Source: Minisyncoccota bacterium
GTDB lineage: Bacteria; Patescibacteriota; Microgenomatia; UBA1400; UBA12028
Assembly (NCBI GenBank): GCA_003487265.1
Contig: DNEP01000001.1
Span: 24,572 to 88,571 of the forward strand
Length of the DNA: 64,000 bases
Direction of reading: 5' to 3'
The stretch's first letter is position 1; each line of letters opens with the position of its first letter. Made by a program: the position numbers and the translations under genes. Below the pieces are notes generated by a model, which made no database searches, had not been told where the DNA came from, and was given only the letters and a program-made list of their open reading frames with translations. This document shows, one piece after another, positions 42,440-51,921 of the stretch.

Positions 42440-43210
42440 ATGACCTGTTTTCCAAACCCAATCTCAAAGCTACTTGGTGCGGGACTCACCGTTGCGGTGT
42501 GCACCGGCGCGTTCTTTCTCGTCGCGCGCTCACTTGGTCCCATTCCCGTGTATATGAATCAGATCACCACAAATAAATATGGCACATTTGATGTGACGGG
42601 AACCTCAAGTGTGACCACCACCCCCGACAAAGCATCGTTTAGCGTCGGCGTTTCGTTCAACGAATCAACCGCAAAATCCGCGCAGGAAAAAGCGGATAAG
42701 GCGATAGCCTCAATCACAAAGGAATATCTCGATATGGGAATTGAAAAAAAAGACATTAAAACGATCAACTATTCCTTGTATCCCAACTATGATTATAGTA
42801 ATGGATCGCGAGCAACAAATGGGTATTCCGTAAACGCGACACTCCAAGTCAGCGTCACCGACTTTGCTCTTTTGAACACCGCGATCGACAAGGCGACCGC
42901 AATTGGCGCGAATCAGATCAATGCGGTCCAGTTTTCTCTTAGCGACACCAAACGGAAAGAAGTCGAGAAGGAAGCGCGCGAGTTGGCTGTTGCCGATGCA
43001 AAAGACCGCGCGGAATCTTTAGCGGGGACTGCGGGAATTCGACTAGGGAAAGTGATGAACATTATTGAAACAAACTTAAGCTTTCCACGCCCCATGTACG
43101 AGATGGCAAAAGTGATGACCGCTTCCGAAGACAGTAGTGTCCAAACGCAGGTTGAACCAGGCACAACAACCGTGAACATGAGCATTATGTTGAGTTATGA
43201 GACAAAATAG
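42440..43210 (+). CDS. SIMPL (DUF541) domain protein
   Basis: N-terminal TM, VTG..V...PD, GANQI, AVADAK.RAE.LA, VEPG. Confidence 0.88.
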   Translation: MTCFPNPISKLLGAGLTVAVCTGAFFLVARSLGPIPVYMNQITTNKYGTFDVTGTSSVTTTPDKASFSVGVSFNESTAKSAQEKADKAIASITKEYLDMGIEKKDIKTINYSLYPNYDYSNGSRATNGYSVNATLQVSVTDFALLNTAIDKATAIGANQINAVQFSLSDTKRKEVEKEARELAVADAKDRAESLAGTAGIRLGKVMNIIETNLSFPRPMYEMAKVMTASEDSSVQTQVEPGTTTVNMSIMLSYETK

Positions 43211-43298
43211 AAGTGTTAATACTCTTATCACACTACGAACAGCAATTGAGACAAGACTCTACGAGCTTCAGCATCCATTGGAATAAATCTCTTTCTCC

Positions 43299-44231
43299 TC
43301 ATCCCTCCGAATGAAACTTCTTGTGCGCCTCGCGTAGTTGCCCCTGCGTCACATGCGTGTAGATCTGCGTTGTGGCGATGTTCTTGTGCCCAAGCATCTC
43401 CTGCACATCGCGCAAGTTCGCTCCGTTGACCAACAAGTCGGTCGCAAAAGAATGTCGCAATCCGTGAGGTGAGATCTTAATCGGCAGATGCGCGCGTCGA
43501 CAGTACAGGTCAACTATTCGCTGGACCGACCGCACCGTCAACCGCATCTTCTTTCCATCTTCGGTAATCCCAGGCTTGGTCCCCGAATATCGAATAAACA
43601 ACGGCTTCCAATCATCCGTTCGCGTCGCCAAATACTCCTTAATCCAGTCTGCCGATCGCTCACTCAAAAAAACCACGCGGTGCTTCCGACCTTTTCCAAT
43701 AACCCCAAACTCGCGACGCTCGAGATCAATCGTGTCGCGATCCAACGCCACCAACTCGCTCACGCGCAAACCCGTGCTAAACAGCACTTCTAATAGCACG
43801 CGATCCCGCAACCCTCGCGGAGAGTGCAAATCCGGCTTATCCATCAGTCGCTTAACTTGTTCATAGCGCAAGAACTTCATCGACCGAGATTCGGCCTTCG
43901 GCAACTCAATCTTCTCTGGTGAGAGCACTTGTATATCTCGTTTTGTGAGCCATTTAAACATCGAGCGCAACGCAATGACGTGATACGACTGCGTCGTTTT
44001 TGAAAGAACAGTTCCATGCACGTCCACGAACTCCGAAAGGTACACGCGGTACTTTCGAATATCATCCAAGGTAATTTTTTCAAGTGTTTGGATTTTTTGC
44101 GACTCACACCAATCGGCGAAGCGATGAAGGTAATGTTCATAATCCCGAATTGTGAGCTTGCTCAGGTTGCGCTCGACGTCGGCGTACTCAAGATATCCTA
44201 AAAGAGCCTCGTTTGGGCGGGAAAGATTCAT
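43299..44231 (-). CDS. XerC/XerD-type tyrosine recombinase
   Basis: SAM-like N domain, TGLRVSEL, GKGRKHR, PHGLRHSFAT, LGHKNIATTQIY. Confidence 0.93.
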   Translation of the reverse strand: MNLSRPNEALLGYLEYADVERNLSKLTIRDYEHYLHRFADWCESQKIQTLEKITLDDIRKYRVYLSEFVDVHGTVLSKTTQSYHVIALRSMFKWLTKRDIQVLSPEKIELPKAESRSMKFLRYEQVKRLMDKPDLHSPRGLRDRVLLEVLFSTGLRVSELVALDRDTIDLERREFGVIGKGRKHRVVFLSERSADWIKEYLATRTDDWKPLFIRYSGTKPGITEDGKKMRLTVRSVQRIVDLYCRRAHLPIKISPHGLRHSFATDLLVNGANLRDVQEMLGHKNIATTQIYTHVTQGQLREAHKKFHSEG

Positions 44232-45034
44232 CGCATTCCACCTCGATATAGTATTATTTCTGTATTGTTATAGGTTGTTGGCAACCGATGCGTTTTCCTG
44301 CTAAATGACTCAAGAGTAGGGAAGGGTTGATATATCCGTTCTTTTTGAGGTTGTGCCTTTTCGGCATTTATTCGCATGTTTTGTCGATTTTTTGGTGATT
44401 TTTACTCAAAATACTGTATTTAGTATGCAACATAGTCGGGAAGTTGTCAACATTGTGCGACATAGTGAGGAGTAGCTCATTATTGTGCGACATGAGAGTT
44501 GTTTTTGGATTCTGCCGCGAGCAACGAAAATCAACTAAGTTAGCTACAGCCCACGCAAAATATTTTTCTATTGCGATAGAAGCTTCTACTATCTTTCACA
44601 CAATCGATACCTATTTCAGTTTTGCGAGCGAGAACGAGGCTTTCGCGTACCTGTTTTAGCAAGCGTTCCATATATGAGCGGCTTCAACAATATATTGATA
44701 CATCAATCTCTTTTTACAACACCCCACCTCTGAACGACCGCGTAGAATGCCCAATTTCGGCTTTTTCTCGATCTGAACGTGCAATGTATCGTCGCAATTG
44801 TGGGCAAATCATCTGGAAACCTCACAAATCCATCAGTACCACACAAAAAATCGACGATATAAAAAAGAAGGCATAATCTCTTCGGGTGAGTTTCGGTTTT
44901 TCAAAAACAGGGCATCAGAAACAATAGGGAGCATCAATGACATGCCAAATAGGAGATTGGAATCGGGAGGAATTTAGAAGCAAAATGAAAAAATAAAAAT
45001 GAATTCATAAGCACTCCCCCGAACCCCATCTTTA

Positions 45035-45062
45035 GTGTCGCAAAAGTATTATTGTGCGACGT
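45035..45062. promoter_or_regulatory. Candidate dif-like Xer site
   Basis: GTGTCGCAAAA-GTATTA-TTGTGCGACGT: 11-6-11 layout, arms 8/11 inverted match, ~800 bp from xer start. Confidence 0.5.
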
Positions 45063-45094
45063 GGCAGAGATAGCATTTTATATCTCAATTTCCA

Positions 45095-45114
45095 AAAGAG
45101 AGTGCACTCTCTTT
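45095..45114. repeat. Perfect 20-bp palindrome
   Basis: AAAGAGAGTGCACTCTCTTT equals its reverse complement. Confidence 0.85.
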
Positions 45115-45310
45115 ATTCCTCACAAACAGAAAATAAATTCCACTCGCTCCTCTCGGTAACCAATCCCGCATTCCAAGCCAAACTCCGTTCTCCGTCTACG
45201 CCACTCACGCAGGACACATACACCGAGCTTCGGGTATTTTTCTCCGCAGTTCACCAGACGTGGTATCTGGATCTTGAAGTTTTCCACATTCTTGAATCTG
45301 TTGTTTTCAA

Positions 45311-45342
45311 TTCGTGAAAAGTCCTATAACTATTTTCACGAA
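45311..45342. repeat. Inverted repeat (possible terminator or operator)
   Basis: TTCGTGAAAA-12 nt-TTTTCACGAA. Confidence 0.6.
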
Positions 45343-45402
45343 AGGATACTAACTATATCACTTCCTCTGCAATACAGGATGCCTCCAAAAGCTCCACCTC
45401 CC

Positions 45403-46170
45403 CTACTTCCACATGGCGAACGAAAAATATGCGATCAATGAAATAAAAAACACCACCAGATATTCCCACACCGTATTCTTGAACATTTTTCCCTGCATTG
45501 TTGTTGTTTCAACTCCGAGAACGACATAGCTTGCCGACATGGTAAGCAACGATTGCGACCAAATCGAAGAAGGCAAAAACGACATCAACAACGCAATCTG
45601 TGCCAAGACAAGTCCATACACCGTCATCCGGCGGTACAGTTCAGCAGACAACGTACGACTTAACTCCATCGGCCATAACGCGAACAATCCCAAGATCTCT
45701 CCCAAAAGAAAAAACAGCACCCCATTAACCAACCAGTTCATGTTTTGTGAAAAGATCGTGTTTGAAAACAAGAAACAAACGAATAGGATTATAAACATGT
45801 TCACCGACTGCCCCGCGCGTAACAACTGGATTCCCCTCGCCTTCGCCACACTAAAAATATTTTCCATCAATAAAATCGCGTACATTCCCACTCCGAAAAA
45901 CACCAAAATTGCAACTTTCGTCCAGATATGTTCAGGGAGTAAATAATAGAAAACCGCCACCGCCAGCGCATAGACCGACGGCATCGGCACGATGGTAAGC
46001 CACTCAATCCCATTCAGATCCTCAAAGAGCGCCCAAGCCGTCACCGCGTAGGTAACCAACAAGAAAAACCCAATACCAAGTAACCGAAAGTCCAACGGAA
46101 TGTACTGTAACCCAAACAGCCCAAACGAAAGAAAAACCGCGCTTAAAAAGAATTTTTCACGTCTACGCAT
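45403..46170 (-). CDS. Multi-pass membrane protein (DUF5656-like)
   Basis: About 9 TM helices; ENIFSVA...IQLLRA. Confidence 0.75.
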   Translation of the reverse strand: MRRREKFFLSAVFLSFGLFGLQYIPLDFRLLGIGFFLLVTYAVTAWALFEDLNGIEWLTIVPMPSVYALAVAVFYYLLPEHIWTKVAILVFFGVGMYAILLMENIFSVAKARGIQLLRAGQSVNMFIILFVCFLFSNTIFSQNMNWLVNGVLFFLLGEILGLFALWPMELSRTLSAELYRRMTVYGLVLAQIALLMSFLPSSIWSQSLLTMSASYVVLGVETTTMQGKMFKNTVWEYLVVFFISLIAYFSFAMWK

Positions 46171-46189
46171 GCAGATATCCTTTCATGAC

Positions 46190-46756
46190 TCACTCCGTTG
46201 TTGTCAGTGCATCTTGAGGCATGTTCATGTACACCGCCTCCACATCGTCGTGTTCCTCAAACGCATCGAATAATTCCATCACTTGCGTTTTTTGCTCTTC
46301 ATCTTCAAGTTCAAGTGGAATTGTTGAAACATACTCATCGCCCGATCGCGCAAACAAGTACATCGCCGACCCAGGTCCTCCCAATGAACCACCCGCCTTG
46401 TCGAAAAGGTGGCGAATCTCCGCGCCGGTGCGCATTTTGTTGTCGGTCCGCACAATCACCAAAAATCCAACGCCGTGTGGACCGTATCCTTCATACGTCA
46501 CCTCTTCGAGTTGACCACCGTCACCCACACCTTGACCACGCTTAATCGCACGCTGAATATTTTCATTTGGCATGTTTGCCTGTCGCGCTTTATCAACCGC
46601 AATACGCAATGAAGGATTCATGTTCGGATCACCATTTCCAGATGCGCGCACCGCAATCATGATATTTTTTGTAAGCTGCGTGAAAATCTTGGCACGTTTT
46701 TTGTCCTCAATTGACTTTTTAACGTGAATATTCGCCCATTTTGAATGTCCAGACAT
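46190..46756 (-). CDS. yebC: YebC/PmpR family protein (short form)
   Basis: MSGHSKW, NPSLR, NMP, YEGYGPHG, TDN, DDVEAVY; AAGGAGG SD. Confidence 0.93.
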   Translation of the reverse strand: MSGHSKWANIHVKKSIEDKKRAKIFTQLTKNIMIAVRASGNGDPNMNPSLRIAVDKARQANMPNENIQRAIKRGQGVGDGGQLEEVTYEGYGPHGVGFLVIVRTDNKMRTGAEIRHLFDKAGGSLGGPGSAMYLFARSGDEYVSTIPLELEDEEQKTQVMELFDAFEEHDDVEAVYMNMPQDALTTTE

Positions 46757-46916
46757 ATTCCTCCTTACAAACAATCATAAAAAGACTTGAGAGCGAACTA
46801 GGTATGTTTGTATCGCTATGATACACCAGACTACTCGCTCAGGCGAGCCCAAATAACGCTTGAATCGTAAAGTTTTTCGTGTAATATCAGACTATCCTGC
46901 CAGAAATGGAGTTTAT

Positions 46917-47831
46917 ATGAGCAAATATGAAGCGTATCGTGCAAATCATCCAGAACTCATTGCAAAGGGGCGTGGAATTGTTGGTCAGGAAAAAGAATCC
47001 CGACAAGAGACCTCTCCTCGAGAATTCACAAGAAAAGCAGTTCGAGAAGGGATTGATCTTTTGAATCACATCTTTGAAGCGCAAAAACTCCGTCGAGTGT
47101 TATTGACAATCTACAATCACTGGTTTGAGTCAAGAATTGGACAAAAAGAGGCGCTCCTTCAAAGAAATGCGAAGATTACGGATGTTGTTATTGATTTATA
47201 TATTGAATATAACGACTATATGCAAAAAAACCCAAGACTAGAAATCGTTCCAGCTATGGAACAAATGTGGATTGTCCATCATCTTTTGTTTCAACTCTTT
47301 GGAATACCGTTCGAAGAACAATTACAGCTCACTTCTCAAACTGCTGATGCCATCATCGAATACATGGGAACAACTGACTCAGTAACACCCGAATCATTGG
47401 AAGAAGAACGAGATATGTTGGCACAACTCAATCGAGTATATACGACATTTTCCAAAGAATATTCAAATCTGCGTTACTTCATTGCGCATGCGCGCCTCAG
47501 CAGTACTCCAGAGAGTAGTATGAGGGAAATCTTCCACGATTTTCTCAATCGTGCATACGGTTTTGATTTACAAGAAATGGAGCTTGCTCAACAAAGAAAT
47601 GAAGGAATGGATGCTCTAACTCTGGTGATCGCAACAAAATCGGGTGTTATTCAACTTCCATTCTTAGATTTTTTTGGGGAAAAGCTCACAATCGATGAAC
47701 AGCAAATTCTCGAACAAGTCATCGATGAATATATCCAATCAAGAAGACCTGATCTTTCTCCAGAAAAGACGCCGAAAGCCGAAGACATTTTGAAAATGGG
47801 TAGTTTAGAAATTATGAATCTCCATTTGTAA
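46917..47831 (+). CDS. Hypothetical helical protein
   Basis: Long ORF, GGAG SD before ATG 46917; no motif recognised. Confidence 0.7.
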   Translation: MSKYEAYRANHPELIAKGRGIVGQEKESRQETSPREFTRKAVREGIDLLNHIFEAQKLRRVLLTIYNHWFESRIGQKEALLQRNAKITDVVIDLYIEYNDYMQKNPRLEIVPAMEQMWIVHHLLFQLFGIPFEEQLQLTSQTADAIIEYMGTTDSVTPESLEEERDMLAQLNRVYTTFSKEYSNLRYFIAHARLSSTPESSMREIFHDFLNRAYGFDLQEMELAQQRNEGMDALTLVIATKSGVIQLPFLDFFGEKLTIDEQQILEQVIDEYIQSRRPDLSPEKTPKAEDILKMGSLEIMNLHL

Positions 47832-47900
47832 TCAATCTTCTCCTCTCCCCCAATCCCCGTTCTTGACACGACCCTATTTTCTGCTACTCTTGAAGAATTC

Positions 47901-48635
47901 ATGAATACACTCACTTCTCTCGAATCTCAAGCCATTCGGTTTGCATCAAAACAAGAATGGGATAGCGCAATCCAAACAAATCTTCAGATCTTGGATCAAG
48001 ATCCAGAAAATCTGTCCGGATTAAAACGACTCGGCTATTGTTACCTTCACAAGGGTGAACAAAAACGCGCATGTGAGGTCTATACAAAAATCCTTGAACT
48101 TGATCCGTACTGCTCAATTGCAAAAAAATATCTGGAGCTCGCAAAATCAAAACACACCATCGCGGGGTGCGTTTCATTTGATTCTGAACAGTTCATCGAG
48201 GAACCAGGGAAAACAAAAACCGCCACCCTCGCTCGACTCGCCGATGCCTCTACGTTACAGCACATTCCAATCGGTATTCCATGTACCTTAACAGTGAAAT
48301 CACATTGGATCAGCGTCATCACAAATGCTGGCGAGTACCTCGGTGCACTTCCCGAAGATCTTTCGCATATTCTTACAAAACTTATTCAAGGTGGAAACAC
48401 CTACTCTGTGATTGTGAAATCGGTAAGCAAAGCGCACTGCACCGTGTTTATTAAAGAGCTCACACGATCCTCAACATACCAACACACCCCCTCCTTCCCT
48501 TCACTCACCTATTCCAGCGGACCACAGCTCCACGAAAAATATCTCATCGATGATCTCGATGATGAATCGGGTGATTCTTCTGATGAAACAGATCAGACAG
48601 ATGAAACTCCCGAAGACAACGACTCAGATCGATAA
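47901..48635 (+). CDS. Tetratricopeptide repeat protein with acidic tail
   Basis: N-terminal TPR pattern (LG.CY...G...A...Y..ILELDP), FIEEPGKTK, D/E-rich end. Confidence 0.8.
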   Translation: MNTLTSLESQAIRFASKQEWDSAIQTNLQILDQDPENLSGLKRLGYCYLHKGEQKRACEVYTKILELDPYCSIAKKYLELAKSKHTIAGCVSFDSEQFIEEPGKTKTATLARLADASTLQHIPIGIPCTLTVKSHWISVITNAGEYLGALPEDLSHILTKLIQGGNTYSVIVKSVSKAHCTVFIKELTRSSTYQHTPSFPSLTYSSGPQLHEKYLIDDLDDESGDSSDETDQTDETPEDNDSDR

Positions 48636-48649
48636 TCCAGAGTACATCC

Positions 48650-49657
48650 TCAATCGGAAATAAATATCACGATATCGGCTCTCCATTTCCTCGCTTCGTT
48701 TTCATCAACTCGCAATTGTGCTTGAGGAAACATGCGCGTGATCATGCGGGAAACAACGGCGGTCGTTTGTGATTTGGACGAAACAACAATTTCTGGTTTT
48801 TCCAACTGTGTTGGTGTTTGCGTAATTTGAATCACATCAACCCCCATGTTCATCAGCGCACGAGCGATTTTTGTCGCCTGCCCCTGTTTTCCCGAAGCAT
48901 TGACAACACTCACCATTAACCCTTCTTTACGCAGGTTTACATCTGCAAGTACGTCAAGTGCGAATGGATCAAATCGAGATGGATTCACACGAAATGCGCC
49001 ATCATCCCCTTTGACAAAAAATTGTGAGGAAACGCCGTCCACAATTGAAACTTGATCCTTCCGCAATGATTTCACGAACGACAACAGTTCATATCTCTCA
49101 CGTTGCAAAAAATTCCACTTCTCCACCACTTCAATAATTTCTCGTTGTGATGTTGGAAGCGCGTCTCCACGAATAACCGCACGCACATCAACACCCAACC
49201 CATTTCGTACAACTTCAAGCGGAAACGTGTCAGGAAGGTTTTCCATCTCGCGTAGCCCTAACAAGCTCGAAGCGGGAACCTCTCCATATCCCCGCAAAGT
49301 ATCAACAAGTAATGCATCGGGTAATGCAACGATTGTAACCGCCGATTTTGACCGATCTATCGTAAAAATGGCCAATGTCCGCTTTGGTAAACGGTCAGGA
49401 CGTTCTTCGGCAAATAAAAATGAGATCGAACTACTCTCGCTCCACAACTTTGGATGTGAAAAAAATACCCATCCCACGACTACTCCAATACCTATCACAA
49501 CAAGTGAAACGAAAAACACAACAAGTCGTACAAAACGACGCGATTTTTTTTCTTCAATATTCTGCTCTTCGAATCGAATACTCCTTGGTGCTTTTGCAAG
49601 CGCACCGGTTCGTAAACTTGAAAAACGAGCAGAACGGGCAGATCGAATGAAGCTCAT
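48650..49657 (-). CDS. LCP-like/LytR C-terminal domain protein
   Basis: TM anchor, degenerate LCP region, VSVVNASGKQGQA...ADIVI LytR_C pattern. Confidence 0.75.
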   Translation of the reverse strand: MSFIRSARSARFSSLRTGALAKAPRSIRFEEQNIEEKKSRRFVRLVVFFVSLVVIGIGVVVGWVFFSHPKLWSESSSISFLFAEERPDRLPKRTLAIFTIDRSKSAVTIVALPDALLVDTLRGYGEVPASSLLGLREMENLPDTFPLEVVRNGLGVDVRAVIRGDALPTSQREIIEVVEKWNFLQRERYELLSFVKSLRKDQVSIVDGVSSQFFVKGDDGAFRVNPSRFDPFALDVLADVNLRKEGLMVSVVNASGKQGQATKIARALMNMGVDVIQITQTPTQLEKPEIVVSSKSQTTAVVSRMITRMFPQAQLRVDENEARKWRADIVIFISD

Positions 49658-50820
49658 ACACGCAGCATCCTCTCGCGCAACTGCTCACACAATCGAATCA
49701 TCGATCGCACGTTGTGAATACTCGCGAGACGATAATACGCGAGTTCTTTCGCATAAAACAGATGACGCAGATACGCGCGCGAATATCCCGCAACGCATGT
49801 CGCGCAATCACACGTTTGATCTATCACCGCGTGGTCGTGTGTAAATGTGGCGTTTCCAATCTGTAATCGGCCATTGGGATATGGTGATGAAAATCGCCAA
49901 GATTCCGGATCCGCGTCACCAACTAGTTCGCCCACATACAACGCGCCGTTTCTCGCAATACGCGTCGGAGCGACGCAATCAAACATGTCAAATCCCGCGC
50001 GAACCGCGTCGATAATATTTTGCGGATCGTGTCCAAGACCCATCGCGTACCTTGGTTTATCTTTCGGCAACATGGACTCAATCCACTCCATTAACTCAAC
50101 CGTTCCCTCCATGTTATACCCAACCGTTTCCCCTCCGACCGCGATTCCATCAAACGGAAGTGCGGAGATTTCCCGCGCGGAGCGCTCGCGCAACGCGCGA
50201 ACCATGCCACCTTGAATAATGCCAAACAGCGATTGATATTTCCCGTACGCCGTTTTCCGTTGCGCGTTTTCCCATGTGTTTACGCACCGTTCCGCCCAGC
50301 GCGTCGTCCGATCCACCGCCTCCTCGACCTCCTCAACCGAAGCAGAATCATGCGACAGTTGATCAAAACACATCATGATATCCGCGCCGATGACCTGCTG
50401 GATCTCCACCGCGCGCTCGGGGGTGAACAGATGTTTTGAACCATCATATATTGAGGTAAACTCAACCCCGTTTTCCGAAATGTGTGTGGTTCGCACTCCA
50501 CCTTTGCGCACAATCTGCTCACCTAAACTAAACACTTGAAATCCACCCGAGTCAGTTAAAATCGGCCGATCCCATCGCATAAATTCGTGTAATCCACCCG
50601 CTTCTCGGATCACGTCGAGTCTGGGTTTCAGATACAAGTGATATGTATTTCCAAGTAAAATTTGCGCCTGTGTTTGCGCGACATCCTCGCTTGATAATGC
50701 CTTCACCGTTCCACGAGTCCCAACCGGCATATAGATCGGCGTTTTTACCACACCATGCTCGGTCACAAACTCCCCCGCTCTCGCCCGCCCTTTTGTTGCC
50801 AATACCCGAAATGAAAACAT
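49654..50820 (-). CDS. tgt: tRNA-guanine transglycosylase
   Basis: TPIYMPVGT, NTYHL, TDSGGFQVFSL, GIIQGG, FDCVAPTR, CDCATC; start reassigned to ATG 50820. Confidence 0.95.
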   Translation of the reverse strand: MFSFRVLATKGRARAGEFVTEHGVVKTPIYMPVGTRGTVKALSSEDVAQTQAQILLGNTYHLYLKPRLDVIREAGGLHEFMRWDRPILTDSGGFQVFSLGEQIVRKGGVRTTHISENGVEFTSIYDGSKHLFTPERAVEIQQVIGADIMMCFDQLSHDSASVEEVEEAVDRTTRWAERCVNTWENAQRKTAYGKYQSLFGIIQGGMVRALRERSAREISALPFDGIAVGGETVGYNMEGTVELMEWIESMLPKDKPRYAMGLGHDPQNIIDAVRAGFDMFDCVAPTRIARNGALYVGELVGDADPESWRFSSPYPNGRLQIGNATFTHDHAVIDQTCDCATCVAGYSRAYLRHLFYAKELAYYRLASIHNVRSMIRLCEQLRERMLRV

Positions 50821-50850
50821 ACGCCTATTGTACGATATAATCTCTCTCTT

Positions 50851-51906
50851 ATGATTCTTTCTGATTTTGACTATCATCTTCCGCAAGAACGCATCGCACA
50901 AACGCCGCTCGCTACTCGCGATCACAGCCGATTGCTTTGCGTAAATCGTGCGACACAAGAGATCACACATCATCATTTTTATGATCTTCCCAACCTGCTT
51001 ACCGAAAACGACGTGTTGGTGATGAATAACTCAAAAACGATTCCTGCGCGCGTGTTTGCACACAAAATAACAGGAGGAAAACTTGAGCTCTTGTTTTTAA
51101 AATGCCTCGATCAATCCGAAAATTCCGAAACGTGGGAGGTGCTTTCCACTCCCGCGATCAAACCTTTACAGACCGTTATTTTTGATCAAACAGAGATATC
51201 CGCAACCTGCACCGAAGATCACGGATACACCAAACATCTGCGCGTAGACACACAAAGCGAATCCGTCCTTCAGCTGTTACATCGCATCGGCACCATGCCA
51301 ACGCCTCACTACATTAAAGAAAAGTTGCAAGATCAAGAACGGTATCAAACGATTTATGCAAAATTTGATGGCTCCGCCGCCACCCCCACCGCCGGCCTTC
51401 ACTTCACCACCGAACTGCTCGAAAAACTGCATCAAAAAAAGATTGAAACCATTGAACTCACCCTTCACGTTGGACTGGGAACGTTCCTCCCCGTAAAAGT
51501 TGAGGACATCACCAAACATGCGATGCATCAAGAATGGTATGAACTCACAAACGAACAAGCCAAGCGTATCAATCAAGCGAAAAAAAGCGGAAAACGCATC
51601 GTTGCGGTTGGCACAACCTCGGTTCGCACACTCGAAACCTGTGCGAATCCCGATGGAACAGTGCGAGCAGAAACAGGAAGTACCTCGATCTTTATCTATC
51701 CCCCATACACGTTCAAAACTGTTGATGCGATGATCACCAACTTTCACCTCCCAAAATCGACACTCCTCATGCTTATTTCAGCCTTTGCCACCGAAAAGGG
51801 CGAGTTTTCAACCTTTCAGGACTCCCTTGTGGGCAAAGCCTACCTCGAGGCAATCGCGCAAGAATATCGTTTCTTTTCGTTCGGCGACGCAATGCTGATC
51901 GAATAA
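50851..51906 (+). CDS. queA: S-adenosylmethionine:tRNA ribosyltransferase-isomerase
   Basis: FDYHLP..IAQ, RYQT, AATPTAGLHF, TLHVGLGTF, TNFHLPKS, YRFFSFGDAM. Confidence 0.96.
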   Translation: MILSDFDYHLPQERIAQTPLATRDHSRLLCVNRATQEITHHHFYDLPNLLTENDVLVMNNSKTIPARVFAHKITGGKLELLFLKCLDQSENSETWEVLSTPAIKPLQTVIFDQTEISATCTEDHGYTKHLRVDTQSESVLQLLHRIGTMPTPHYIKEKLQDQERYQTIYAKFDGSAATPTAGLHFTTELLEKLHQKKIETIELTLHVGLGTFLPVKVEDITKHAMHQEWYELTNEQAKRINQAKKSGKRIVAVGTTSVRTLETCANPDGTVRAETGSTSIFIYPPYTFKTVDAMITNFHLPKSTLLMLISAFATEKGEFSTFQDSLVGKAYLEAIAQEYRFFSFGDAMLIE

Positions 51907-51921
51907 GGTATAATGGCCTAG

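Noticed and set aside
43299-44231. Recombinase as a prophage or island integrase
   Set aside because: Size and motifs fit housekeeping Xer, no phage or cargo genes flank it, and no att duplication was seen.
44444-45317. Short ORFs 44444-44659, 44622-44876 and 45054-45317
   Set aside because: Non-ATG starts, no SD or motif, atypical composition; treated as spurious.
44232-45402. oriC in the large intergenic gap
   Set aside because: Only one near-consensus DnaA box noticed (TTTTCCACA, about 45280) and no dnaA/dnaN nearby.
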